Source of the DNA: Conidiobolus incongruus B7586
Taxonomy: Eukaryota
Reading direction: 5' to 3'
NCBI GenBank assembly: GCA_000697335.1
Contig: JNEM01006301.1
Location: 1 to 34,179 of the forward strand
DNA length: 34,179 nt
Part shown: piece after piece, positions 1-10,560 of the stretch
Layout: every line of letters starts with the position of its first letter
Numbering within the stretch: the stretch's first letter is position 1
Program-made: the position numbers and the translations under genes
Notes under the pieces: model-generated
Told to the model about the DNA's origin: nothing
Seen by the model: only the letters and a program-made list of their open reading frames with translations
The model's database searches: none

Positions 1-1700
1 ATTATAAAATATTATTATATAAATAATATCAAAATTTGAAAATCAAAATTAAATATAATTTTTAATATAAATATATAAATATAAATAAAAAATCAAATTA
101 ATACTCCTTTTTACTATTAATACCTTTTTGCTATATTTTTGGTAAGTTTCTAATATTTAAAGCAGTTTCTATTAATGACTGATATTTAATTTTAATATAA
201 TTAAATTTATTTACATTATTTTTCTTTATTATAAGCAAGTTTTTTAATTTTATAAAGTAATTCTAACTATATAGATTATAATCTAATAAATATACTAGGT
301 ATTTTAGTTTTCTCTAATTGTGTTACAAAAAACCTTTGATAGTTTTATCTATATATATTTTATAATTATAAGCTAAAATATCAAATATTCTCAATATATA
401 AATGTATTATACTAATTAAAAATTATTTTAGTTAACAAAATTTAAAACTTTTTATTACTTAATTTTCTTTCTGAAACAGAATTATATAATAAAATTGAAT
501 AACAATAAAAGGATTTAATTAATATTGACAAAAATTATTTAATATTTTAGTGAATATAATTAAAATATGAAATAAATTATTATATATAGTTATTTTATAA
601 AATATATAATAGATATTTCTAATAAGAATATATTATTGATAAAAATAATCTTAAATTTTAAAAATATTAACATTTAACAATAATTAAAGAAGTATAATAA
701 ATTATTCTGGGAAAAAAAGGCCATGTTTTTAACTAAATTGATTTAATTTAAATAATTAAATTTATAAAAATATAAATTACTTAAGTGATTAATAATTTAT
801 ATAGATATAAAATTATTTAGAAGAATTTAAAGAACTAGATTTTAATAATCTTAAAAATTCAATAATAAATTATATATCATTATAATTTATTATAATAATT
901 AACATTTAGTTTTAAATAAAATATTTATTTAATAAATTTTAAAAATAAGTTTATTTCAATATAAAATAATATTTCGTTTTGTTTTTAAATAAAGGATTAT
1001 ATTACAAAGTCTAAAATACTTAAATTATAATAATTCAATATAAAACCTAGTATTTTAAGTTATACTTTAATAAGCTTCATTTTATTATAGCAATTTTAAC
1101 TTTATTTTAAGCTTTTATTGAATTTTGAGATATTTATTTTGTATTAATATAAAAATAAAATCTAATATATATAATATTCTTATATATCTCATATTGAATT
1201 ACTTGTATAAATTTTTAATCCAAATAAAAAATAATCTTAAAAATATTTCTATTATATTATTCATAAGGGAAAAAATAACAAAAGAAATTAAATTTCTATT
1301 TTTATGATAAATTTTGAATAATATCCATATTAACTTTAAATTAAACACTTAATATTAATTAATAATTTCAAATAACTCGTTATTTTTATATAAGATTTAT
1401 TAATCTTGAATAATTTTAAAAGTTTTATTATTAAATATTAATGATAATAAAATAAGAATGTTTTAATAATCATTATTTAATTTGAATATAATTTAATCAA
1501 AAATAGTAATAAAGTATATATATACTTAAAACTAACTCTATATTTAAAAAATCAAAAATTAAAAAATTTGCCATTTTCCCTTATTAAATTAATAGTTTAA
1601 GAAAAATAATTTTAAATCTTTAATAGAAAAATTTCTTTAATATTATGAGCTTGTTAAAAACATGGCAAAAAGTTATTAATACCAAAAGAGTGCATTAATT
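1..1700. repeat. Degenerate dispersed repeat (copy A), homologous to ~22170-23875; probably a decayed transposon or gene-family relic, truncated by the window start
   Basis: Colinear matches to copy B: TTTGCTATATTTTT (127-140 = 22389-22402) and TTCTAATATTTAAA (148-161 = 22410-22423) at the same offset; ~1006-1077 resembles ~22857-22928; 1547-1577 vs 23701-23731 is 28/31 identical. Boundaries approximate. Confidence 0.6.
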
Positions 1701-2103
1701 TTATATTGTTTATTTATTTTTAATAAATCTTATATTAATAGTTTTATTTAATTTTAATTTTAGTTCTAATAATATTCAATTGAATAGATGACTTATTTAA
1801 ATTAATGTATTAATATATAAAATTCTCAATACTTGGTTAGTTTAAATAAAAATGATAATCTAATATCTTAAACATTATATAAAATCTGGTGGGAGGGGAT
1901 AAAAAATCAATGATAATGATATTTGGATGTGATTGTTTAGTTAATATATTTAGAATATTTAGTAGTTAAAGTTAATTCCCAGCATTTTTTTGGAATGCTT
2001 ATTAGATTATTAGTTCAAGTACTTTTGGACTAAGCACTTGACTCAATTTTAAATTGAAAATTGCTAACATCTTAAAAGTTTGCCAGTCAACTTAATTTCA
2101 TTG

Positions 2104-2228
2104 ATTGGTATTTTGTGTTTTCAAGAACCAATCCACAGACCAATAGAGATAATATGAATCGCATTCAAATATATAATTTTCTTGAACCGAAAAACCTAAA
2201 CCCTGTTAAGTTATTTTTAAATACCAAT
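2104..2228. promoter_or_regulatory. CCAAT-box cluster upstream of the WC-1-like gene
   Basis: ATTGG 2104-2108 and CCAAT 2128-2132, 2140-2144, 2224-2228, 170-300 bp upstream of the ATG at 2401. Confidence 0.4.
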
Positions 2229-2400
2229 AACAATCAACCCTTGAAATCATCAAGATCTAAATTTAATCTAAATTTTTAAGATCTTAAATTACTAAATAAA
2301 GAATATTATGAAATTGATAATGGACAATTGGAAATTTTAATTGTTACCGTTTTTAACCTGATTAACTTAAAAAATTGTATTTAGAAAAAAAATAGTAATA

Positions 2401-4373
2401 ATGAATAATAATATTGATAATACAAATAATATAAAACCAATTGATATCAACTCAATACCATTAAATGATCCATTGTTGCAAGTACCACCATTTCCCACAG
2501 GTACTAACCAAAACCCTACACCTCCAAACCCTTCGTTGTATAGTACTTCTGGTCTTGATATCATATCTCTAATTTACAAAGTTATAAATAGACCCAATCC
2601 CAAAATCCAACTGGGTCCTATAGATTTGAGCTGCTCATTTATCATAGCTAGTGCAACGCTGCCTGACCAGCCTATTCTGTACTGCAGTCCGAGCTTCGAA
2701 GCGTTGACGGGCTATACGAGTGCGGAAGTGCTCGGACGCAACTGCAGATTCCTACAAAGTCCCGACGGTTACGTGACGAAAGGCAGTCGTAGAAAGTATT
2801 GTGATGACAAGAAAGTATTCCAACTTAAGAAGATATTAATGAAGAATGGTGAAGGCCAGGTTGAAATTCTTAACTATAAAAAGAATCGCCAGCCTTTCAG
2901 GAATTTGATTACTGTGATAAGTATTGGTGAGGGCGGACAATGGCAAACTCAAAATGATAAGATTCTAAACGGGACAAAAGAAGAAAGAGTTTTGTATTAT
3001 TTTGGATTTCAAGTGGTAAACTCAAGTGTTTTAATTTTAATTTATGCATCATATTTATTATTCATTTAGGATATTGTTGAACAACCTAACGCTATTTTAC
3101 AAACTATGAAGGGTAAAACATATCATAATCAAATATTAAACTATTATTAATTATTCTTTAGACGGTAGCTATTGTGTAAATTATACAATGCTAACAGTTC
3201 CAAATTATTTATTCTCAGGTAAAAAAACAAAAATATATAATAAATAGGTATTGATTTAATATAGGGGTTTCGGAAATGATGTCCAACGTATCAGAAAGTA
3301 CTCCAACCTTGGAGCATCATCCCCATTTATCGAATAGTCAACAAGCTCAGGATATTTACTCGCATTTGAGTTCTAATGTATCGAGTGACAAATGGATTGA
3401 GCAATTACTACACACTTCCAATTCCCTCATTCAAGTGATCACTTCCAAGGGTGTTTTCGTATACACGTCTGGAAAGTGTAAAGATTGGCTCAATTACGAA
3501 TCCAACGAAATTGTAGGCTACAGTTTAAATGATTTGATTCATCCGACAGATTTGATTCCGGTGATGAGAGAAGTGAAAGAATGTGAATCGGATCCGTTAT
3601 GTCTGTCTTACAGAATGAAACATAAGACATTGGGTTACATTTGGATGGAGAGCGTCGGTAAAGCTTTTTACGATCCTCCATTACCTCTGACGAATAATCC
3701 TACAACTTCTAACAATAATGATGCTGCAAGTACTTCGGGGACTAATCCGACCTCACAAAGCAATAACAACAAACCCACTAAATATGTCGTGTTATCAGGC
3801 CGAATTTTACCCACATTCCACCTACCCCGCAAAACCCTCAATACCTTGGGCTCGAGCCTGAGTGCCTCGGATTTTTGGCTCAAACTCTCGTTGGATGGCG
3901 TAATCCTGTACGGGGATGACAACGCCAAATCCCTGTTAAAAATCTCGGACAACTTGGACTTTATTGGCAAATCTATCTTCCATTTTCTGCCTAACCATAA
4001 TATTCCCAAACTTGCGGAGGCATTCCAAAAAGTATTCAGCGGCGGCTCCCCCATCAAAGTGGTGCACGAATTGATCCCGGACGCTCCCACAGGAGCTAAT
4101 GTTCAATCTTTGGGAGAGACTGTTAGTGTAATTTATCCGGGAACTACCAAAGATGATTCGTCGCATCCTAGTTTTTTATTACTTCAGTCGCGTCCATTAA
4201 ACAATAACACCCAACCTCCAATTCCCAATTGGATCTTCAATCTTATCAATGAGAATGAAGACTTGTTCAAAGAATTTGATATCACCAGCAAAACTCACTG
4301 GGAATACAGTTACCACCAGTTGAAGAAAGAGAATCAGTGGCTCAGGGACCAGATTAGCAATTATCAGAAATAA
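2401..4373 (+). CDS. wc-1: White Collar-1-like blue-light photoreceptor (LOV + PAS-B + PAS-C + C-terminal coiled coil, no GATA zinc finger), ~607 aa; exons 2401-3015, 3070-3112, 3162-3218, 3265-4373
   Basis: N-cap YSTSGLDIISLIYKVINRPNPKIQLGPIDLSCSF and LOV motif GRNCRFLQ (Cys codon 2743-2745) with the fungal E-F loop SPDGYVTKGSRRKYCDD. Three GT-AG introns (54, 49, 46 nt) join the frames into GFQV-DIVEQPNAILQTMK-DGSYCVNY, typical of WC-1. PAS-B (LIHPTDLIPVMRE...YRMKHKTLGYIWMESVG), PAS-C (FWLKLSLDGVILY) and terminal WEYSYHQLKKENQWLRDQI follow. Confidence 0.92.
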
Positions 4374-4897
4374 ACTGTATTTTTATTTATTTGAAATGTT
4401 ATTTGATAGAAGAATACCTTGAGATTTATAATTTATTAAAATTTTTCAATAATATCATTTTATTAATAATGCTTTAAAATATTTAAAATTGATTAAATCC
4501 ATTTAATTCCAGTTAATTTTTATTAATTTATTTTTGAAAAACTATTAATATTTTTATTGAATTTTGAATATTTACATTATGTTAATATTTGATATTAATC
4601 TGCATATTTTTAAACGTAATATTTTGGTAAGGATTTATAATTGTGCTATTTGATTACTATTTAAATTTTAACCTTTATAATTATTATTCAATATTTGATT
4701 TCATATATAAAAATTTGAATTAATTACATTTTTAAAAATAAACTATTAATTGAATAAAATTATTTTATCAATAGTTAATATTACTTTATGGACATTAAAC
4801 TAAATTCAAGTACAATTTATTATTAATTATTCAGAATAAATGATAAAAATTAGTAATTAATTGATAAATAATTTTTATATAATTAAAAGTATTAACA

Positions 4898-5224
4898 TGT
4901 CTTGAGAAAGCCGTGTCCAGAGTAGTTTAGATAAGAGATAGATCTGGGGAATTCCAGGTAAGTGTTAGTGGGATAGGTGGTTTAATGGTTTAAGTCAAAT
5001 AGCTGCGAGGATCTAGATCGAACTCGTCTCCTTGAGGATAGCTCTAATTCCAGGTTTTATGTAGAGTGAGTTGGGTAGGGTGATTCATGAGATTCTCTGG
5101 TGACTTACATCATCGGCCAATTAAAAGATAGAGCGGGAGCAGATGGTATGCGAGGGGAAAATGACTTTAACATTAGGTTGATGTAAAAATATTTAGGTAG
5201 AAGAGAGTCACTTGGCTCTTGACA
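4898..5224. mobile_element. Candidate solo LTR (alternative: structured non-coding RNA)
   Basis: 327-bp GC-enriched island in AT-rich DNA; ends TGTCTTGAG...CTCTTGACA (TG...CA with imperfect inverted repeat); on the - strand a TATA-like TACATAAAA followed by ATTAAA; no long ORF. No target-site duplication (flanks TAACA / GTATG). Confidence 0.35.
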
Positions 5225-5836
5225 GTATGTAATGAGTGATTATAAGCGTTCCCCACTTATTGTTAAATTTTTAATCTGATACAATCAAAATTGTTATTAT
5301 TCAGGATTAGAAAAGTAATTTTAAATATAATGAAAGATATATAATAAATAAAAATAAATAGTTTAAATATAGTTTATAGTATTATAGCTGACAAATATAT
5401 TAAAATTAAAAAAACGAATAAAATTATAATCAAAATTTATAGTCCTGTTAAAAAACGGGCAATACCCTTTTCATAATCGCTCATATAACAATATCGAATA
5501 AAATATATATATATTTTAAACAATTCAAAATCTAATCAAATAAAAACTGGGGATTTAATCAAGTAATGACTGAAATTTTGAAAGATATAATGATTATAAA
5601 ATTCAGATAGATAAGGGATAAATTAATTTATATACAAATTTTATTTGAATGAATACACTATTTTACAATTGTTAAAGTATAAATTATTGTGAAGAAATTT
5701 TCAATTAGTTATAGTATAACAATAAATTACTAAAATCCTATAATGTTGACATACTCTATACATGATTTGAAGTAAATAGATGAAAGGTTTAATAAAAATA
5801 CACTACTTATTTAAAATTCCACTATAAAAAGTATCT

Positions 5837-6064
5837 TCAACCTTTATGTTCATGATGATGTTCACGATCCTTTTGACCCATATCGGGTCTAATATCCTCG
5901 CGAGCATAAACCAAATTATCACCCTTAATACTATACAAATATTCTTCTTGATCGAATTTCGTTTGAGGATAACCCAATCCCATATTGGGTAAGTTTTCAA
6001 CGTTCACAGTGTCGTTCAATCTCTCCTGGTAAGCGGCTTTATCCGTATCGCAGTGTTTACTCAT
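5837..6064 (-). CDS. Small hydrophilic protein of unknown function (75 aa, His-rich C-terminus)
   Basis: ORF coincides with a GC-enriched block; ATG in ATAACAATG context; TATATAAA about 60 bp upstream; protein-like charged composition ending DREHHHEHKG. No family recognised. Confidence 0.6.
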   Translation of the reverse strand: MSKHCDTDKAAYQERLNDTVNVENLPNMGLGYPQTKFDQEEYLYSIKGDNLVYAREDIRPDMGQKDREHHHEHKG

Positions 6065-6122
6065 TGTTATGATTTACAAAGGAAAAAAATTAAATAATTT
6101 TGATCTATAGGATTTGAAGGGA

Positions 6123-6130
6123 TTTATATA
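6123..6130 (-). promoter_or_regulatory. TATA box of the 75-aa gene
   Basis: TATATAAA on the - strand, 59-66 bp upstream of ATG 6064. Confidence 0.45.
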
Positions 6131-6483
6131 CTTATTCAAAGTACTGATCAATATAATCATATTGCGGTATTTATCACATTATTTTAAATTAATGATATAA
6201 TATTGATTTCATTTAATTTGAATTATAGTATGATTTGGTTAATGTTGTCAAAATGACGATTGATCTGAAACAAGCCCATAAAATTTTTAAACTTTAATAA
6301 TGATAACAGTTTGAAATTGTTAGCTATTGATTGGTGTATCATTGGAGTGATATCAATTTTGATAAAATTTAAGTTAATGAACCAAAACATGAGTAAATAC
6401 TTAATAATCTTTGGAATTTATATTGTTTCATAGTGATATTAATTATTGTTTTTAATATATACAATAGACATGTTAATATTATA

Positions 6484-6487
<4 letters not shown>

Positions 6488-6556
<69 letters not shown>
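6488..6556. repeat. (ATT)23 microsatellite
   Basis: Perfect trinucleotide run read directly. Confidence 0.97.
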
Positions 6557-6558
<2 letters not shown>

Positions 6559-6962
6559 AATATTGGAAAAAATTGTGATTAATATAATCTTCAATTAACT
6601 TTGAATCGTCAATTAAGATAGTCATTAGGAATACTATAATTTTTTTTTGGTTTTGATAGAATTTTCGTATTTTATCATATATTATTTTTAATGATATTCA
6701 AATTGAATTATTTAAGTTGATATTTTTAATGGCTATTAAAGATTTATGAAATTTTAATAATAACATGAATTTGATTGGGATTATTTTGTATTGAGTGACT
6801 CAATATTAGAGATGTGATTAATAAAATTATTCAATTTTCCAATAAAATACTTTATCTATCTACCATTAGCAAATAATTCAGATAAATTACAAAGATTTAT
6901 TTTTTAACCTATATAATGTATTAAGGGTAATTCATTAATGCAATAATAATGAAATTCTATTT

Positions 6963-9900
6963 TCAGCAATTCTCTAAAATAAGTCTGGGTGCGATATTCA
7001 TGGACAGTAATTCCTGGAAGAGTAATTTGGCAGCATAGGGGATTTTAACTTGCATTACGCCCTTAGGTGTTTTACAGTGCTGGCACCAACCCTTATAAGC
7101 GATGAGTCCACATTGCTCACAAACCGAGACTTCGAAGGAGTCAGATGACAGCATGAGACGTTCGAGGATCAAGCGGGATGCACCGTAACCAATGAGACAA
7201 TCTCTTTCCATTTCACCCAATCTGAGACCACCGTCTTTAGCTCTACCTTCGGTAGGTTGGCGGGTTAAGGCTTGGACGGGACCAGTGGAACGTGCGTGCA
7301 TCTTGTCCATGACCATGTGCTTAAGTTTCTGGTAGTAGATGGGTCCGAAGAAAATGTATGCGCTGAGAGGTTCTCCAGTGATGCCGGATGTGACAAAATC
7401 TTTACCGGAGTATGAGAAGCCGTTTTCGACGAGGATACGACTCATGTCTTCGACCTTGGAGCCTCCGAACGCTGTACCGTATTGGAGTTCACCCTTTAGG
7501 ACACCTGCCTTACCTGCTAACAGTTCAATCATCTTACCAACTGTCATACGGGATGGGAAACCGTGAGGATTCATGATAATGTCAGGATACATACCAATAT
7601 CCGAGAATGGCATATCTTCCTGACCGACAATGATACCACACACACCCTTTTGACCATGACGACTGGAGAACTTGTCTCCTAATTCTGGACGACGCGTTTG
7701 TCTGATGAGTACTTTGACAAGAGTTTGCTCAGATTCCGAAGTGGTTAATAAAACCTTGTCGACGTAACCAGCTTCGGGAGCTCTATAGGTTAATGGGGTA
7801 GGCTTGAAATCTTGAGTAGATGAAGATACTTCACCAGTGGAGTTAGTAGGGCTCTGCTTATTGACGATGACCTTTCCGGTTGTTAATTTAGAACCAACCT
7901 TGGCAAAACCATCCACATCCAATTCCGAGAACCTTTCGACGGCATGGGCAGGAGCTCCCTCCATTTGGACACCGGTGACTCTGTCATAAGTTCCGTTGGG
8001 ATACTTACGAATTAAGGCAGCATATTTCTTCATTACTTGACATCTTCCAAAACCTCTGTCGACAGAGGCACGATTGAGTACTAAGGCATCTTCAATATCG
8101 TAACCTGAATAACTCATTACAGCTACCATAGCATTTTGACCAGCGGGTAACTTGTCGTAACCAATTAACTCAATAGTCTTAGTCTTGACCATAGGCTGTT
8201 GTGGGTAGACCATAAGATAGAGCAATGTATCAATACGCTCCAACTGATTGTAAGCGATTGCACCGATAGCTTGCTTACCCATAGCACATTGATAGGTATT
8301 ACGAGGACTTTGATTGTGATGAGGATATGGGATCAACCCAGCGACAGCACCAAGTACTGTGAAGGGTTCAATTTCAAGATGGGTTGTATTGGGTTTAATT
8401 TCTTTTTCATAGACTGCAATCAAACAATCGGATTCTTCATTGACGTCCAAATATTCAACGAGACCCATCTTCAAGAAATCGTCGAATTTATATTCACCTG
8501 CCTTTAATTTGTCAATATGATGTTGTTGGACGCGAGGCTTACCATTTTCAACAATGATTAAGGGACGACAGATACGACCAGCATCGGATGAGATATTAAT
8601 AGTGGATTGGGATAAATTGACATAGATACTGACGAATGCAGAAAATAAACCCTTTCTACGCAATTTACGGAATTGGTCAACAACTCTTTGGCATTTGTTG
8701 GTGAGACCAATTAAGGTACCGTTGAGAACAACTACATAGGTACCGGGTTGGTAGAGTTCGGTACCTGAGAAGAGATGGATATCTTCAACACCAAGCATAA
8801 AAATCAGCTTCTTCATAGGCTCTTCTTCGTCATCAGTGGTAATGTGAGTCATGAGGGCTAAATTTTTAACTAAACCGCAAGCTTCACCTTCGGGGGTATC
8901 GGAAGGACATAACATACCCCACTGAGACATTTGAAGGGAACGAGGGCCAGAGACCTTTCTAGTCTTTTCAAACTGACTGCTAATACGGGTCATCATACCG
9001 AGAGCACTAATATAGGATAGTCTAGACAAAACGTGGGTAATACCGGCACGATCCATCTTGAAACGCTTAATGTTCCAATTTCCTGAAGAAATAGCTCTAG
9101 TAAAACCTCCAGTAATAATTTCACCATGGAATCTGAGGGATGAAGCGGCGTCGAATCGAGAGGCCGCGTTGTTCTTTTTAAGATTTTTGTCAATGCCACT
9201 CTTTACCATGCTGTTGAACGTTTTAAATAAATCTTCAAATAGCAAACTGAGGAGTTGACCAGCTAATTCTAAACGCTTGTTACCGACGTAATCTCTATCG
9301 TCTTCGATATTGCCGTTGATAATGGACATAATCACTCTGCGAACCATAGTAGCTACGAGAAGGACCTTGGGACGGAAGTTCATATTGACAACTGGAACAT
9401 GGGTTAAAATAGTTTCAAACAAAGCAGTGAGAGCTTCTTCAGAAGGTGTGAGTTTAGGCTTATCTGCAGAAATCTTTTTCATTATTCTGACACGAGTACC
9501 AATATATTCTAAAGCTTGTTGACGTGTGAAAACACCCAATTTGGCAGCTTCTTCGATACTGGGAGCGAATTTGGAGGTGAAGTGGTGATCAGTGCCACCT
9601 ACCAATTGCGAGATTTCTCGATCACTTTCCAATCCCATGGCCTTCATAATGATTACAACAGGGATTTCTTCAGAGAAACTATTGTGTTTAAGGTAGAAGC
9701 AATCCTTCTTAGTGATAATATGAGTTTTGGTTTTGAGCTCCATGTTACTGGATGTGACAGATGCAAGCATCATGCCCTTAGAATCCTTTTCGACAATGAT
9801 ACGATTCTTGGACAGCTGCTCCTGGACGAGAATAACTTTTTCTGTACCTCTGATAATAAAGTAGCCTCCAGGATCGAGAGGACATTCTCTAGCCTGGGCC

Positions 9901-10560
9901 ATCTGATCATCCGTCTTATTCTTTAATACACAAATATTACTACGCAACATGACAGGTAACCTGCCGATGGGGACACCCTTCATTACACAAATTTCAGAAC
10001 CTTTAGTATACTCAACATCTACATAGATACTGGCAGAATAAGTCAAATCTCTTAATCTACATTCTTGAGGTGTAATAGCCTTATCATAAGAGTGCTGATC
10101 CATTCTTTCTGGTGTGCCAACTGTAACGGATGTATATCTCAAATAAAAATTCTGGTCCACCTCACTCGTAATTAAATTATTTGCCTTGATAATTTTTTTG
10201 ACTTCGACATCGATGAAATAGTTAAAGGAGTCAAGATGTTGCTTGACTAAACCCTTGACTTGTAAGTATGCTGGTAATAATTTCCATTTGTCCTAAAAAT
10301 TTTTACCAAATTCAATACCAATATAAAAAATAATAAGAGGATATTAATTAAGAATTATTTACCTCGATAGTTTTAACTGGAGCGTTCAAGTCCTCCCCTT
10401 TAAAATGTTCCATAAGATCCACATTGGGTTGAACGTAGTTGGGGTCAATATCATCCAAATTGGAAGCTTTGCTACCGTTCAGTCTGTCTTTGATAGGGGT
10501 TTTGTTCACTTGACCGTTTACATTCGAATCAGTCTTGGATTGACTCTTTCTAGGTGACAT
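6963..10560 (-). CDS. RPC2: DNA-directed RNA polymerase III second-largest subunit (Ret1/POLR3B), ~1175 aa; exons 10560-10363 and 10292-6963
   Basis: A 70-nt GT-AG intron (10293-10362) gives ...[31 protein letters not shown], a Pol III-type N-terminus. Conserved motifs: [59 protein letters not shown]-terminal zinc site CEQC...CQHC; Pol III-type [16 protein letters not shown]. Confidence 0.97.

Noticed and set aside
1125..1307. 60-aa ORF in the left desert
   Set aside because: TTG start and I/K/N/L/F/Y composition typical of chance ORFs in extremely AT-rich DNA; lies within a decayed repeat.
2401..3069. Stand-alone short LOV (VVD-like) protein suggested by the ORF track
   Set aside because: Canonical introns join it in frame to the PAS-PAS ORF and restore WC-1 motifs; the tail VNSSVLILIYASYLLFI is translated intron.
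3490..4166. Antisense ORFs over the WC-1-like gene (also 2367-2564)
   Set aside because: Shadows of the coding strand with no recognisable motifs.
4954..4963. ACTTACCTGG on the - strand, identical to the U1 snRNA 5' end
   Set aside because: Not followed by U1 stem-loop I/II motifs (GATCA, ATTGCAC loops) or a properly placed Sm site; it is simply the complement of a consensus 5' splice site.
4898..5256. Specific assignment of the island as telomerase RNA, U3, snR30/U17, SRP, RNase P/MRP or tRNA
   Set aside because: Only isolated short resemblances (AGAGTGAG, AAACCAT, GAGTTCGATC, AACCTAA); the required partner motifs, order and spacing are missing.
5803..6000. 65-aa alternative-frame ORF overlapping the 75-aa gene
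   Set aside because: Non-ATG start; the 75-aa frame has the better start context and composition.
7339..9926. Several 66-136 aa ORFs inside RPC2
   Set aside because: Antisense or out-of-frame shadows of a highly conserved gene.
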